Positions 1 through 14,900 of a DNA stretch of 64,000 nt are shown here, in pieces. Source of the stretch: Podarcis vaucheri (Eukaryota); the NCBI GenBank assembly GCA_965113315.1, contig OZ220364.1. One strand, 5' to 3'. The notes under the pieces are model-generated. The model made no database searches. It was not told where the DNA came from and saw only the letters and a program-made list of their open reading frames with translations. The stretch's first letter is position 1. Every line of letters starts with the position of its first letter. The position numbers and the translations under genes were made by a program.

Positions 1-1373
1 GTCCACTGTGTTATCACACACTTATAATGTCCACTGTGTAACTGCATGGCAATTCCTCAGTCTTTGTTTTATAATTATATAGCAAGGCATGTAGCAAGCC
101 AGTACATGTTGAGTGGTCACACCAATCTTTTGGCATGTGTATTGCCTGAGTCTTTTTTGTGCAGTTTTCTTTGGAGTTTGTGTATGAGGGGCGCTGTAGC
201 ACAGGTACTTTCTTGAGGGAGATGTTGGTGCAACTACATTCATTCCTGTGATGTATGTTGCATAGATATCCCTACACACTCAATCACTTGCACTGTTTAG
301 TGTACCATGGTGAAGCCACATGGTAATTCTCTTTGGAACCGTTAGAGCCAGCCAGGTTGTCCCTTTACAGTGTTCTCATTGCTTGAACATGCAATTCGGG
401 TTCCAGTGAGATCAAAGTGTGGTTCCATTGAGTTCAATATCAAAACCCAGGAAGGGTCCATGGCGCATAGATTACTAAAGCACTTAACCATTCATACTGG
501 GGCTAAAATACAGGTTCCTGTTCAAGGGCTTTTGCCCAGGGATAAAGCTCATGTGTTTCTTACATGAGTTAAATATAAGTTGGCATTTTGTATCTAAGTT
601 TATCTTTTTCTGTGCTAGGCCTTTCTTCCAACCTTTACTGGAACTCTTTTTTAGAAAGTGTCTGAAGGTCTCAGTGGTAGTTACTAGAGATACACAAACA
701 CATACATCAATATTCTATTGTCCAAACTCAGGTGATATCCTAACCCTCAGAAACCTTGGGCATCTTTCGCTCTCAGGGGCTGTGGGTGTCTGGCCATAGA
801 ACACTTTGCAACTAAGCAGTACATTGTCACACTTCAATGTATTCGTTTTATCCCAGAAGCTTATATGCCATTTCCTCTGAAGGAGACAGATAAAAATGCA
901 TCTTGGTGAACCCAACAGGAGAATGTTTTTCCTATCTTGCCAGAATCACAAATCCTTCTTTTAGCTACAAATTTGTTGAACTAAGCTCTTCCTTCAGGGC
1001 TTGGGGTGTGGCCCAACACCTGTTGGGTGCACAGAACAGATGCATTTTCCATCGAGAATGATATGAGTGCAAGTCTCCAGACATTTCTCAGCTCTCTTCT
1101 TCCTCACTGGCACTTGTCTTGCTATCTCCTCCCTCCAGATTTGTGTGCACAGAACATGTGTGATGTGAGGCCACACAATAATGTTCTGCCTGCTTGTGTC
1201 AAAAAATATCAGTGCATTTGGTTGTGGGTATATTTTTAAAAAATGTAATCATGTGCTAATGAATTATCACTGATTTTCCAAATGGATGATTTTCCAAGTA
1301 GAGGGGTGGCCTTATTATCATGCTAATTTTCTTCATGTGTGTGATCCCTCTCCCTTTCTTTGCTATTCAGTGA

Positions 1374-1652
<279 letters not shown>

Positions 1653-2208
1653 TGAGATTTGAAGTTGTGGGTGGTTGAGAGAGAAAGGGAGGGAAGTAGT
1701 AGGAGTGCAGAAAGTTTAGGAGATTATAGCTAGAGACATCCAACCTCATCCATCTACCTGTTTATTTCTCTGTTCATTCACCACCTCTTATCATGCACTT
1801 TGAATCATGAATACTTTCTTTCATGTTGTTGAAGTTGAATCATGTTTCATTAACTCACCCTTTTGCATGGGTAAGTAATCACTGCACGATTTCTGTAGTC
1901 ACGATGTGGCAGGGATTAGAGGAAGGAGTGATAGAGTCTACAACAGCCTTCTTCAACATGGTCCCTCCAGTTGACTCCCATCCTCCTTCATTCCTGACCA
2001 TTGACCATACTGACTGAGGCTGATGTAGTTGTAGGGCAGCAGGGTGGGGAAGACTGGCCTACAAGCAATCTCTTTCATTGATTCAGTGACAGCAATCAGT
2101 TTGTAAGAAGAAGGGAGCCATATTCCCAGTAAAACAAGTGTGGTACACACACACAAAATGTGAAACTTAAAAAAAGAATAATGTATGCTCATGTTTTTCC
2201 CTCACTAG

Positions 2209-2274
2209 GCCCTTCCGTATGTGTGTCTGCTGATTGCAATGCTCTTCTTCATTTATGCGATTATTGGAATGCAG
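2209..2274 (+). CDS. CACNA1A: CACNA1A exon 33, IVS5
   Basis: 66 nt, tag| and |gtaagt; [22 protein letters not shown]. Confidence 0.97.
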
Positions 2275-3155
2275 GTAAGTGCCAGTAAGCTGCTATCCCA
2301 TGCTGGGTTTCACCATGAATGCTGCAATGCCTCTAGTGCTTAGCTTAGGTACAATAACATACTGCTGTTTTTGTGCTGGAGCCTTTGAACTTGTAAAGTG
2401 AGGACCAGCCTAGTTGGGAGCTGCCCCCAAACTGCAGAAGACTTAACTTATGGAGCGCTCTAGCACATTGTAGTGTCAACGTTAAGAACATCTACCTCAC
2501 CCTTGCAACATGCCTGAGGTCTTCCTGCTTGTACAATAAACCCTAGTACAAGCTGAAGACAGACAGCTTGGTGCCTGTCATCCTCATTGTTATAACAGCA
2601 TTCCAGGTTAGGATGAGTGTTGTCCCTGTAGTATTGCCTTACCTTGCCTTATAAAAGCTTAGTGTACAACTGCACTGTCCCACTCCTGCTATCAGAAGAG
2701 ATTTGATGTCAGAGAATGAGGCACATCCCCTTTAAGTATTCATCCTGAAGCACCCACTTTGCTGCAGGACTATTTAAGGTGACTGGTACTGGAAGAATTC
2801 TGCAAGTTGTTTTTTGCTGGGATACCTTACATTCAGTCTGTCCTTGTAACCAGCCCCACAGTAAACTGCCTGGGGTTGGTTTCAACTGCTGGCAGCCTGT
2901 TCTGGCCTTTTGTTGTCCCTAGTCCATGTAGGCTGTGGTCAGGAACAGATTACCTTTTCATTTCCTCTCCAAACATGAAAATGAGCCCCACCTAGCCTCG
3001 CTGATAGGTGACCTACATCCATTGCTACAAGCAATGGCTCTACCACCACTAGATAGCAATGTTTGGAAACCTACTCTTTCCTGAAGTTTTCTTTTTGGAT
3101 CTTTTGTATTTCAAGGCTTTTTCTTCATTTTGTTTTTATTTGTTTGTCTTCTCAG

Positions 3156-3271
3156 GTCTTTGGTAACATTAGCATTGAGTTTGATGAAGATATGTCCGAA
3201 GATGAGAAACCTGCCATCACCGAGCACAACAATTTCCGCACATTCTTTCAAGCCCTAATGCTTCTCTTTAG
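3156..3271 (+). CDS. CACNA1A: CACNA1A exon 34, domain IV extracellular loop and pore helix
   Basis: 116 nt, cag| and |gtgagg; VFGNISIEFDEDMSEDEKPAITEHNNFRTFFQALMLLF(R). Confidence 0.96.
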
Positions 3272-3698
3272 GTGAGGCCCAGACCTTATTCATGCGCAGG
3301 AAGCCCACTTCATCTAGCCAAGGCCCTGCCCAATGCAAAAGATGTACAGTCTCCTAGATGCAGGGCAGTAGCTGTACCTAAAACAAACTGAGTATATTTC
3401 ATTAAAGGATCAGAGATTGCACTATACAATACTTCTTTTGCTCATCCAAAAAGTGACTGAATCAACAGACTAAATGAAAAATCCCTGTATTAACAAGCTT
3501 CTACATCACAGTCAAGGGATTTTTCTGTAACTACCACCCATGTGTTCTGGAGGTAGCTACAGTTCTGTTGTGAGACCCCAAAAGCTTGTGGACCTTTATT
3601 GGTTGTTATGGACCTTTATTGATATGGAGATGCTGCCATCCCAGCTGTGGTGGATCCCCAATGCTCACTGTCTTCTTTTTCTCTTCTCGCCTTCTTAG

Positions 3699-3849
3699 AA
3701 GTGCCACAGGTGAGGCTTGGCATGAGATCATGCTCTCCTGTCTGAGTGGAAAGCTCTGTGATGAGAAAGCAGACCTCAAAGGCAAAGAGTGTGGCAATGA
3801 ATTTGCATACTTCTATTTTGTTTCCTTCATCTTCTTGTGCTCTTTCCTG
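3699..3849 (+). CDS. CACNA1A: CACNA1A exon 35, domain IV selectivity filter (TGEAW) and start of IVS6
   Basis: 151 nt, tag| and |gtgagt; [50 protein letters not shown]. Confidence 0.97.
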
Positions 3850-4414
3850 GTGAGTCAAAATTCATAAAGGGGAGCGGGGGTGGGGGGGACATAGGACTGT
3901 GATACACAGTTTGATAGAACCAGGATGCCAGCAGACCACCTTTCTAAGGTGACAGTTTCATTATGCAGTAGTAAACACTTGTTGTGGGGATTAGGACATC
4001 TTTCCACAGCATGATGCAGGAGTTACAGGGCTGTTTGTTTTTAGAGACAATGTTTTTCATTATTACCAACTGTACAGTAACAGAATGAGCAAAGGGGATG
4101 AATGGGGAAGGTGGGTAAATAGGTATTGTGCGCTTTTAGTGTGTTAGATTGGCACGCACGTATTTTTAAGTGCCATAAGTGTCAATCAGAGAAGGCATTC
4201 CTAATAGCATTATAGACATTTGGGTGTTTTGCCAGAGGAAGATCGCTTTTTTCTAGCATTCAAATATTAATCACATGGAGAATGCAACTTTCCCTCCAGC
4301 GAGCACTTCTGTGGTTGTGCAACTATCATATACTTTTATTAGCTGGTACCTGTACAATCCCTGTTGATGAACAATACACTTCTCCCCACATAGTCTTGTA
4401 CCATGTGAGAGTTT

Positions 4415-5160
4415 GATTTTTTTAATTATTAGTATTTTTATTGACATATCTTGTAAAAGTACAATCAGTTGAAAGCGTCATATATACATTGCCCTGTTAT
4501 TTATAATTCTAGAACATAATGAACATTGCCCATTTTTCCATGATTTTGTTTGATTGGTTTACATGTGTTCTGTTAAAATAAGTTAAGTCATTGTTATGAT
4601 AGACCATACCTTCTCTATCCACTCTAATAAAGATGGTGTATTCCGCTTTTCCAATACTTGGCAATTGTTATTTTTGTGGCTGTTAATAAATTAACTACCA
4701 CCTCCAAGTCATTTTATGAAATTAAATTTTTTAAAAATCCTAAAAATACAGTCCTAAGATAATGAGGCATAAGATAATCCATAGTAGTATTAAGGATTGT
4801 TTTCAAAACAGATTGAATAATAGGACACACACCAAAAATATGTATAAAGTCTGCTTTTCTTTCCCCACATCTCCAACAGTTTGTCCTCATCAGTATTCTA
4901 TATCAAATTCAACTTATAAGGGGCACAGTCCCATTAATACTGATCTTTATAATAATTTTACTTTAAATCAGCTGATTACCTTTGAAGACTATGAGCTCAT
5001 ATTTATTTCCATTTATATGTATTTATTTCATACCCATATGCTTTCTATTTTTTTCCCATAAAATTACTGGTTGTTTGTTCTGTATCTTGAATCAGATCAT
5101 AAAATTTACTTATATTCCCCCTTCTCTCTGCATTTGTAAAAAGAGCTGTTTTTAATGGTT
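4415..5160 (-). mobile_element. Decayed L1-clade LINE, 3' end of ORF2
   Basis: Minus strand reads CWRCGERKADFIHIFGVCP (CCHC knuckle, ~4820-4880) and LLTATKITIAKYWK...PSLLEWIEKVW; frameshifted; boundaries approximate. Confidence 0.75.
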
Positions 5161-6374
5161 TTTAAGTGTGTGTTTTTACTGCTGTAGATACTGAGCAATT
5201 CCAGCAGGAACACTCAAGTATCTTTATCTGTCTCCCAGAAATATAGGCACTCTAGGCAGTTGCTTAGTTTGCCTCTATGGTTGGTCAGTCCTGACTGGTG
5301 AAGGAGGAGCTTGGGGAATGGCTCCAACATTGGTCAACATCTGTTCTCTCACCAATTAGTGGTACTAGTGGGAGAGGATACCTGAAGCTCTGAAGCAATA
5401 AAACCCAGTGTGGTATCTCCACTCGAATGAAGAGCTGCTGTATTTTGTAGCTAACAAGTAGTACCAGTAACAAGTAGTACTTGCAATATGGAGTCTTCCA
5501 GTTCAGGATTTTAGTTAGCTAGCCAAGAGCTCTTTGAGGATACCCCATTCAATTTCCCCTCCCCTCTGATTTTCCATGTTGTTTTTCCTCCTGCCATCAG
5601 GCAACATTCCATGGCTACTGAGCAAGCTTAGTCCTCATTGAACTGTTGAGTCCTCTGCAACACACACTGAGGGCTATGCTTGCTCAGGAATGCTAGCTGG
5701 TGGTTGTTGCAGGCCTGGGGGAGAATACAAAAATGGGAAATTATGGTTTTAAAAAAGAAGCTTTTTGTCCTTCTGCAAACCTGGGGTTTTCTGTCACACC
5801 TGCTTGTGTGTGGATTATACTGTTTTGGCTTCATAAGCCAATATTCAGAGAATTCAGTTAGCTGTTAGTATATTATTTTCTGCCATTTGCACTCTAGAGT
5901 CAGGGAAGGACAGCTTTTGAGTGAATTGCAGCTTCATTTCTCAAATGAGGAACAGGTTGTTTGGTAGCTGCAAGAAGGACCTGCAGCTCCCAAGCATGAT
6001 CTAGTGTGGCAGTGGTGGTTGCAACCACAGGAGGTGGCTTGAGGTAGGCAGCAGCCTTTGCTTTGTGGCAAATTGTATGTATGTGTAAGAGAGAATGTCA
6101 GCAGGTAAATGGTAAGTTGTATTGTTCTACTCACAGGTATGCTCATTCCAAGTTTTTAAATGTTACTTTTGTGCCTGCATATCTGCATATGTAAGTTTGT
6201 TCATGTTACCGTTGCTAATATGCAATGGGGGGGGGAGGCGAAGGGGTGTGCCACCATTTGCCATGTTGGTCCCTCTCTCTAGTTACTTGAGGTCACATAG
6301 ACTCTGGGCCTAAGCCTTGGTTTGCAGCAAGATGATAATTCTCAGCATTATTGAGCATTTCACCAGTTACTTAA

Positions 6375-6542
<168 letters not shown>

Positions 6543-7260
6543 TAAGGACATGCCTACCTGGCCGTTCCCAATACTGTACTCACAGCCATTGCCCCACACC
6601 AAGCATAAGCTTGGGAAAGTGGATCAAATTGATCCATGCTTGGGGGAAACTCTCCTTAGTAAGGAAAACAGGGGCAGGGGATGGAGAAGAATTAGGCCTT
6701 AGAAGCTGGGCAGGGAGGCTACAGCTTAAGATTCCTGGGTTCTGCTGATTCCAACTCTATTAGGAAAGAGATTTAGCAGTGTGAAAGCTAAGACACCTAT
6801 GCTCTCTATGTTACTTTCACACAAGAAGTGCATTGGCTGGTAGGAGCATCGACTCCTGCATTTTTGTTCATCTCAGGAAGGAAAACAATATCTAGGGCTA
6901 CAAAAGAAAAATAGTCTTATGCTTGTTCTACTCTAACAGAGCGAAGATATGATGTCACATTGGTAGATACAGTCCTTATCTGTAATGATGTGAGAGAAAG
7001 GCAGAAGCCTAATCTGAGGCAGAGACTGGAGCCACTGCCCCTGTTTGCATGCAGCTCCATTGTGAGTCACCCACCTTAGCTGAGTTCCAGTCAGTGTGGA
7101 TCTGTGGCCACTGCCACTCTGCCATTCCCATTCCTGTTGGCTAATTTCTGTGGGTCTCACTAGGAACAAGAGATTGCAAGAAGCAGATATGGGGGGGTTT
7201 ATCTCTGATTAACATTTCCTCTTTTAATTTTAGGTTTTTGCAGCTGGACTCTGTCAACTC

Positions 7261-7286
<26 letters not shown>
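7261..7286. repeat. (CA)13 microsatellite
   Basis: Read directly. Confidence 0.95.
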
Positions 7287-7291
<5 letters not shown>

Positions 7292-7440
7292 ACATTATCC
7301 CATATGTCCAAAAGGGCATTATGTATGGCCCCTTGTGCCCAGGGATACCTGTTGCCATTTCCCTATTCTACCTAGTGGGCTATGTAGCCCCTACTGTAGG
7401 AAAACTGAGTAACATCACTAGTGTCACTTGAGCCAGACAT

Positions 7441-7530
7441 GTGTATCTGAAGAAGTGTGCATGCACATGAAAGCTTATACTCAGAACCAACTTAGTTGGT
7501 CTGTAAGGTGCTATTGGACAATTTTAATTT
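7441..7530 (+). mobile_element. Penelope-like element terminal fragment carrying a minimal hammerhead ribozyme motif (7443-7480)
   Basis: gtat-CTGAAGA-a-gtgtgc-at-gcacat-GAAA-gctt-atac followed by aacttagttggtctgtaaggtgcta, typical of squamate Penelope termini. Confidence 0.7.
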
Positions 7531-8597
7531 TTATTTTTTTTATTGAGCCCGACACTTATCTCAGTGAAGCCCCTGATGGTAGCGGCTATGCTTCCTGTTA
7601 GTAGTATGTGAGCTAAAAAAGGGTTATTGTGGTACTGACTTGGAAGCCGTCACAGAACCTACCAGTGTTATGTATTGTTCAGCCATCAAAGAAATGTGCT
7701 CAATAGCTCTGTTAGTTATAAATGACACACTTCTGAAATGTTGGCCTGTAGAGAGGTGTTTGTTTGTTTGTTTGTGTATGTGAGACAGAGAGAGAGAGCA
7801 TGTGTATGTGTGTGCCTATCATTCTGGTGTGTAACTATTCTTGTAATTTTTTTATGGTTTGCTGGGGAGGAGGCCAAGCACTCTGCTGCTGCAAGCAGGC
7901 ACAGTGAGCAGAGTTGTGATAATTGGCACCTAACAGAAGGTCCACCCAGCGTTCTCTTGGTATCGTTTGTCACCCCTGTGCCCTGTTGAGAATGAATGCC
8001 CGTTGTGTCCAGGTTTAATGTGTTTGTTTACGCTGCCAGCCCTAACTGGCAAAACCTGCCAAGCCCAGCTGAGGGAGTGTTCATCAGGGAGCCTGTGCCA
8101 TGCAGGGGCAGGAAAACCAGGTCTGCCCCCGCCTGAGCACTGGTTTCTATGCATTTAATAATAAGGAAGAAAAATGTTGGAATGGGAAGCCCAGGGCTCC
8201 TAGAGTCCATGGCACAATGACTGGTTTTAAAGCGTCCATTGTGAGTTACAGAAAGGCAGCAATGCCTAATGGAAGAAATACCCAAGTTGGGACCTCAGCT
8301 CACACTTGACACATGATCTTTGATAAATCTCACCATGCTGCGTAGTTGTGTGTCATTCCCCTATCTTCCTGTCACCCTATATATTAATGGAAATGGTACT
8401 GGCTCATCTTCTTTCCCAGTACTGATGGAGAACCCAATAGAGCTGCAGCAAAACCTGGGCTGACAGCTCTGAGAAGCCCCTTTCCCCCTGCTGCCACCAA
8501 TGGGAATGTACAGTTTCTCCATAAGCCCTGTGGGGGGTGGTATGGCTGGACTGAAGGTCTCTAGCCAGCAGTCCTGCTATGTTCTGTGTGTTCATGA

Positions 8598-8759
<162 letters not shown>

Positions 8760-9698
8760 TGACTTACACTAAAACCTGCTAGCATCAACGGAATGAATGT
8801 TGCTTATGATTTCTTTAATATATATATTTCATATATATATATCTATATATATCTGTACACATACCTATCTATATATATTGCACTTTCAAGAGTAATTTAA
8901 TGTAATTAGCCAACAGAATGCGTGAAATGATGCTGCCACCCAGACCAGTAACGCATGGAGCATACCGGTTACCTTGAACCATCTCTGCTTGCTGTTAGCT
9001 GGAGCTAGGCCTGGAGGGTTCTATGAGTCTCTCTCTCTCTACTCACCTCCACCACTCTCTGCACATTAATACTTCATTTGGGGAGGACAGAGACTCCATT
9101 GACACCTCTGCCATTCCCCCCCCCTCCCCTCCCCACTTCTTTCCACCCCCCTTTCCCTCCACCTTCTCTTCCTGCACTCTGCCCTCCTCCCACATTGGCA
9201 AAGAGGGGCTTTCTCATCTCAATCTGTCTTTCTCTTTCTCTCCTTCTTTCTGTGGATCATCATTACTAAGAGGACCTGACTCTGTGCTCCTTGGCCCTAT
9301 AAGCCCATGGAGGATTGTGGTCTGCATTTATAACCTGAGGCTGAGTAAACTAGATGGAGGCACATGCTTAAGTTAAACCTGTCCCTTTTGCAATGGGAAC
9401 GCTAGCTCTGTAAGTACGGAGCTTGCACTTAAGCATTTTGCTGGATCACAGCCAGTTTGAGGAGCCATCTTTCTACTCCCAGTCGTCCATGAAGATCAAG
9501 CATATTTGAACTCTTGGCTGATAAGCAGCACAGTAATCTTTACATTTTTATCTTCCATTTTTTTCTTTTCCAATTGATTTCCAATATTTTTCTCTTCTTT
9601 GCATCTCTCTCTCTTTTCTATTTTTCTGTGTATTTTTTCCTTTTTTAATTATTATTAATTTTTTTTGGTTGTTTTTATTTTTAATTTTTTGCTCCCAG

Positions 9699-9795
9699 GG
9701 GCCGGATGACTTTCATGGACATGTATGAGATGCTGAGACACATGTCTCCACCCCTGGGGCTAGGGAAGAAATGCCCTGCCCGTGTTGCTTATAAG
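9699..9795 (+). CDS. CACNA1A: CACNA1A mutually exclusive exon 37b (EFb)
   Basis: 97 nt, cag| and |gtagaa; (W)[32 protein letters not shown], paralogous to 37a. Confidence 0.96.
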
Positions 9796-11439
9796 GTAGA
9801 ATAATTTTTAAGAAATAAACAAGGCATATTTCAAGTTAGCTTCATTTTTAATTATTTTTTTTCAACAACAAAAATACAAAAGCTATAATTTTTGTACATT
9901 TCTTCCCCCTTCTCAATACAATTTCTTGAGCAGTAACAGTGTGTCCGTTCAGTACCGTAGCGTTTCATGTTTCAGAGACTCCATTATGGCCAATAAATGT
10001 TGGGTGGGTAAGAAACAACTCCAAGGTGCATGATCCTACTCAAAATCCTCCATCAAAGTGCCACCACCCTGTCCTCCTGCATCTAGCAGAAGAGACATTG
10101 CTTTTAAAATGTTTCACCTCCCATTCCCTTTGCCCCCGCCCCCCAAACAATTTAAGCAGCTGCAATTGCTCTGAAACTATCCAGCCAATACAGATACCCC
10201 AAATGAACTGGGAAGAACAAAGCCGGAAAGGGAAGAGAGACCAAAGATCCAAAACACATTTAATGACATTTGATCAGGCCAGTGTGTCCGCTTCTAGTGC
10301 GGGGAGTCACAATGATATTAGTCACCATTACCTGCACTCTCCAGAAAGAACTGATGCCATTGGATTGAAATATTTTCTAAATAAGTAAAATGCAAGGCCT
10401 TGTGCATCTATTCATCAGTTTTCCTCTACCTGGGCAATCTTTCCCTTTGACCCATAACACTAGTAGAGCTCCTGAAACTCTGTTAAAATCCAGTTAACCA
10501 CATTGCAGGGGTAGGTTGCGGCATAGTACATATGACTGTTGATGAGCTTTTTGGTGTCAATATAGGGAACACTGCAGAGAAAATTAATGTTATACCCATT
10601 AGTTGAAAGCATATGAAGCACTTGAACTGCCCATAAATGCAGGTGAACAATGTGGCATATAACTAGAAGTTTGCCCACACTCATCCATTTCAGACAAAAT
10701 CCCCCCAATGAGATGAAGTTTCTGTGGTTCCCAACTTTCTTAAATGCACCTCACATGTTCAGCAGTATCCGGGACCCAAAATCCCCTGGTTTCTTTCACG
10801 GCATGAACAGAGCTCTCCCAGGAATTCCTGATCAACCTCCTGTAAGTAATGTGAAATGTGGGGGTAGCACAGGTAGCACAAGGGCAGAAGCACGTTATTC
10901 AGACTCCATGAGGTAATTTGCAGGGATGAGTTAATTTCCTTGTATCTGGGTTTAGATTATCTGGATAAATTCCAGATAAATTTAACAATATTTCAAAACA
11001 GCAGGAAATTAAATGTAAACAAGATAGTAAGAAAGTGCCCCCATCTAACCCCACCCCACTGCATCCTGGAGACATTGGATAGTGTTAAGGGACCAGAATG
11101 CATGTGTGGTTTCCTGCACATGATGAGAGCCTATGCAATGATAAGACAAAGTCACCTTCAGTTTCAGTGAGGGAGATAAAGCCATGGGAAAGTGATAGGT
11201 CACCAAGGAAGGTGAGGACAATGCAATTTACCCCATGGTCCTCTTTGCCACCCCTCCCAAGGATATGGCTTCCTAGTTGCCCCTGAGTGTCCTCCCAGGC
11301 TTTGTGGAGCCTGTTCTGCACCTTGGTACACAAGTGGCCATTAGGAGATTTGGGGTAAGGTGGCATCAGTATGCTGATGCTACCCAGCTCTGCTCTGTAA
11401 CATCAGGAGAGACTGTGCAAGCTATAGATTGGTACCTGG

Positions 11440-11985
11440 TCTAGGAGCTGGATAAGCTTCAACTGGTAAGACAGCTACAGCCATTTCTGGATCAGAATAT
11501 CCTGACCTCCAGGCTGGATTACTTACTTCAGTGTGCTTGCCTTTGGGGTTGGTCCAGAAGCTGCAGCTGTTGCAAAATCTGGTGCTTAGCTACCAGGCTG
11601 TTTGTGCTGCTGGTTTTGCTGTATAAAGACCTATACAGCATGGGACCAGGATACCCAAAAGATTGTCTTACACCTTAGATACCTAGTTGATCATTGTGCT
11701 TTGCAGGTGAGGGCCTCCTCAGAAGGTCCATCCTGTACAGTGTCAGAATTGGGCCCTACCATTTGGAATTCCCTTTCCTTAAATAGTAGATAGGTGCACC
11801 TAACGAAGATCTTCCTCTTTCATCAGGCCTTTTAAGATGAGATCTTTACCAGTCTGCATCTGTACTTGAATTGTTTTAAAGATGGTTTTATTATTTTATC
11901 CCTTGTGGTTCACTGCCTTGGGCTTCTTTGAAAGGAAGGGCAGGGTATAAATTTAATTAATAAATAATAAATAAAATAAATAACA
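11440..11985 (+). mobile_element. Old degraded L2 LINE 3' fragment
   Basis: Remnants of SRLDY and QKLQLLQN motifs; (TAAA)n tail at ~11950-11983. Confidence 0.6.
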
Positions 11986-14900
11986 TCACATCTAGTTTGG
12001 TGCTGATAATGATTTATAACGCTCGTTCTGAGCATTTGATTCAGTATTTAACAAGTATGCAATTAGAGTGCTCACTTGCTATGCATTTTTTTCATAACTG
12101 AAGTTTTTCTGTTGTATGTATCCTAGAGATCACGTTTGATCTACACCACTTTCTGTAACCATGGCATAGGCATGGCCACTTGGTGCTGCATTCATATGGC
12201 AGCAGCTGATAATGCAATTTAGTACTGAAGCATAAATTTAGGAAACAATACTGAATAATGAAAAATAGGATTTTGAATGATGGTCCTTTTTCAGTACACT
12301 AGGGTATGCTACCCATGTTAAGCCTGCTCAGTCACCAACCTGCCATTTGAGCTTGTGGGAATCATTGTCCGGATTAGAACAAATGGCACAGGACTTGCAG
12401 GTGTTAGTGTGCTTGGCACTTGAAATACCATCTATCTGGAAATGAATTGAAACTGGTAGAATTGGGCTTGTATTATGAGGGTCTTCACAGAGTTTTACTA
12501 TGGTTTAAGCTCCAGTTTATTAGTTCAGACTTTTGTGCAAGACAGACAGTATTCACCTTCAGCTGCCAGTTAACAAGAGCCTAGAAGTGCAGGACTATAC
12601 TCATTACCTCTTACACATGTACAGGCTAGCAACAGAACACATGCCCAGGTAGAGCTCCTTCTGGTTAAAAGTTAGACTCAAGTCTTGGGCTCCATCCACC
12701 AACTTGCCTATGGGTTGCAGTTCATTCTGCAGTTGGGATTGCTCTCTCATGCCCTTCCGGCCGCCCATAAAAGAATAAGGGAGGTGGGAAAGTTCTTGTA
12801 GTTGTTCTAATGGCTCTTTTGATCTATTTGCATAACTTAAAACAGACACCCATGCCTTTTCAGTGCTTCTGCCTCCATAACGGTGTAACTTCCTACAAAA
12901 GAACACAACCTAAGGGGAAGTAGTTCACTACTCTTAACCAGAGACGAATTAACAGCAACTAACCTTTTTCTCTGCCCCCTTCTCTCTGCTGCTCCATGCC
13001 TCCTTCTCTGTCAATGCAGTTCTAACCTATCAGAAGCTTTTCCCTTCTGCTCCTCCATAACTTCATATTCTAACCCTAAACCTTTTATGCATCTCAGCAG
13101 CTGATCATCAAGCTACATCTTCTTTCTCCTTTTCTTCCCTAAGTCTACAACTCATACCCAGAGCTTCCCCTCTCACATTTTCTGTGTTATGTGTGTGATC
13201 TCTCTTTCACCCTTCTGAACCATTGGGTTTCTATTGCTGGTTCATGGCACAGATATTGAAAAGCTCACTCTCACTTGAAAGGGTCCTTAGATTCTGCAAG
13301 TTTAGTGTGGGGAGAAGGGGGAAGATATAAAACTCTGCCAGTTTTATCAGTGGGGATAGACTCTGTAGTAAAGGTTTCAGTGCAGTCTGATGCCACAGAA
13401 ACTGTGTAGTGAACATGCCACTATAGGATGAGAAATGTAGGAAGATTTGGGGAGAGGGTACTCAAATCCACCCAAGCAAGAGCAGTAAGTAAAGATGAAT
13501 GTTTGAAAGGGCCATGGTGAGTAGGAGGCAGTAACTGAAATAGGTTTTTCAGATGAAAGATTATACTACTGTATCCCAATGGCAGCCAGCAACTAATACT
13601 TCCTTCAGACTATAATATCAGACCAGTCGTTGTACTGAAACATATGTGAAATGATCAGAGTGCTGGGAGAGACGAGGTCAGTTTGCTCACATTGCTCTGC
13701 CAATGGAAAAACCTTGTGGGAGGGGTGAATTGCACAGCTATGCAAGTGCCACTACACATTTCCGATCTCTGATGCTTGTGTGGTTCTTCACATGTAATTC
13801 TACCCCTCCCACATGGTTCCTGCGCTTTTAGGTTACCAAAGTGGAAGCCATAAGAGAAGTGTGATCAGTCTCCAACTGCTTCTTGCTACTGAAGTAAACA
13901 GGACAGCTCTTTCAACCTGTTGGTAGGTCCTTTTTGTGATATGTTTTAATTTGGGTTTAGGAGCAGGGGAAGGGTGTTATTCTTCTTTTGGAATGGTCAT
14001 AATCTTACTCAGTGAGAAAACATGGATTTCTCAGCCAGTTTGACTGTATCTTATGAGTTGAACATGCTTAATAGAAACAATATGTATAAATGAAAAATTA
14101 CTATTAAAGCAGTAAGTCTGATGGAGAATATTGCATGCAGACTAAACTTGAAGAAGTAACAATAATCACTCTGATGTTTTGATACTACTGTGACTACTAC
14201 AGTAGTCTTGAGGAGGATGTGATTTTTTTGAGAAGCAGAGAGAGGTGTAATGGGCAAGAGGAGAAAGAGAATTCCATTCATTGGAGGAAGCAAATGAGAA
14301 GAATCAAAGACAAGACATAGCCGAGGCTATCTGTGACTTAAAACAAAATAAGATAATTATCCAGAGCATTATGACATATAAAGAAGTTAAATAAGGATGG
14401 ATAAGACTGTGAAGAGTGTTGCTGAGAAGTTAAAGCATCAACTGAGAGACAGGTGTAAATTTTGGTGAGGTTAAAATATAACACCTGCCTGAATTAGAAA
14501 CAGGATATTTGAGAATGAAAGTGGACAGTAAAAAATAAAACTCGAGACAATGAAATTAGGAAGAATGACAAGTATATTATGTGTCAGATGAAGAAACAGA
14601 AGGTTTACAGGACAAGACAATAAATTCTGTATAGTGTTTTTTAAGTTGTCTCTGGGTGTTCCAACCAGAAAAAGCAAAAAGGCAGAAACAGAAAGATAAA
14701 CTTGAATGTCGTTTGCATAAAGATGATCATTGAAATCAAACTGTTCTGTCAGAGATACAAAATTCTAAAGCCAGGTCTGCATATTGAACCAAATAAAAAC
14801 TTTGTGAGCTGGACATTTCAACAAGGATCGTTCCATCTTGATGAATCAAGGAAGACACCAAAATCAATGTGATCTTCTCATTCTTCTCAGCCTCCTAGTA

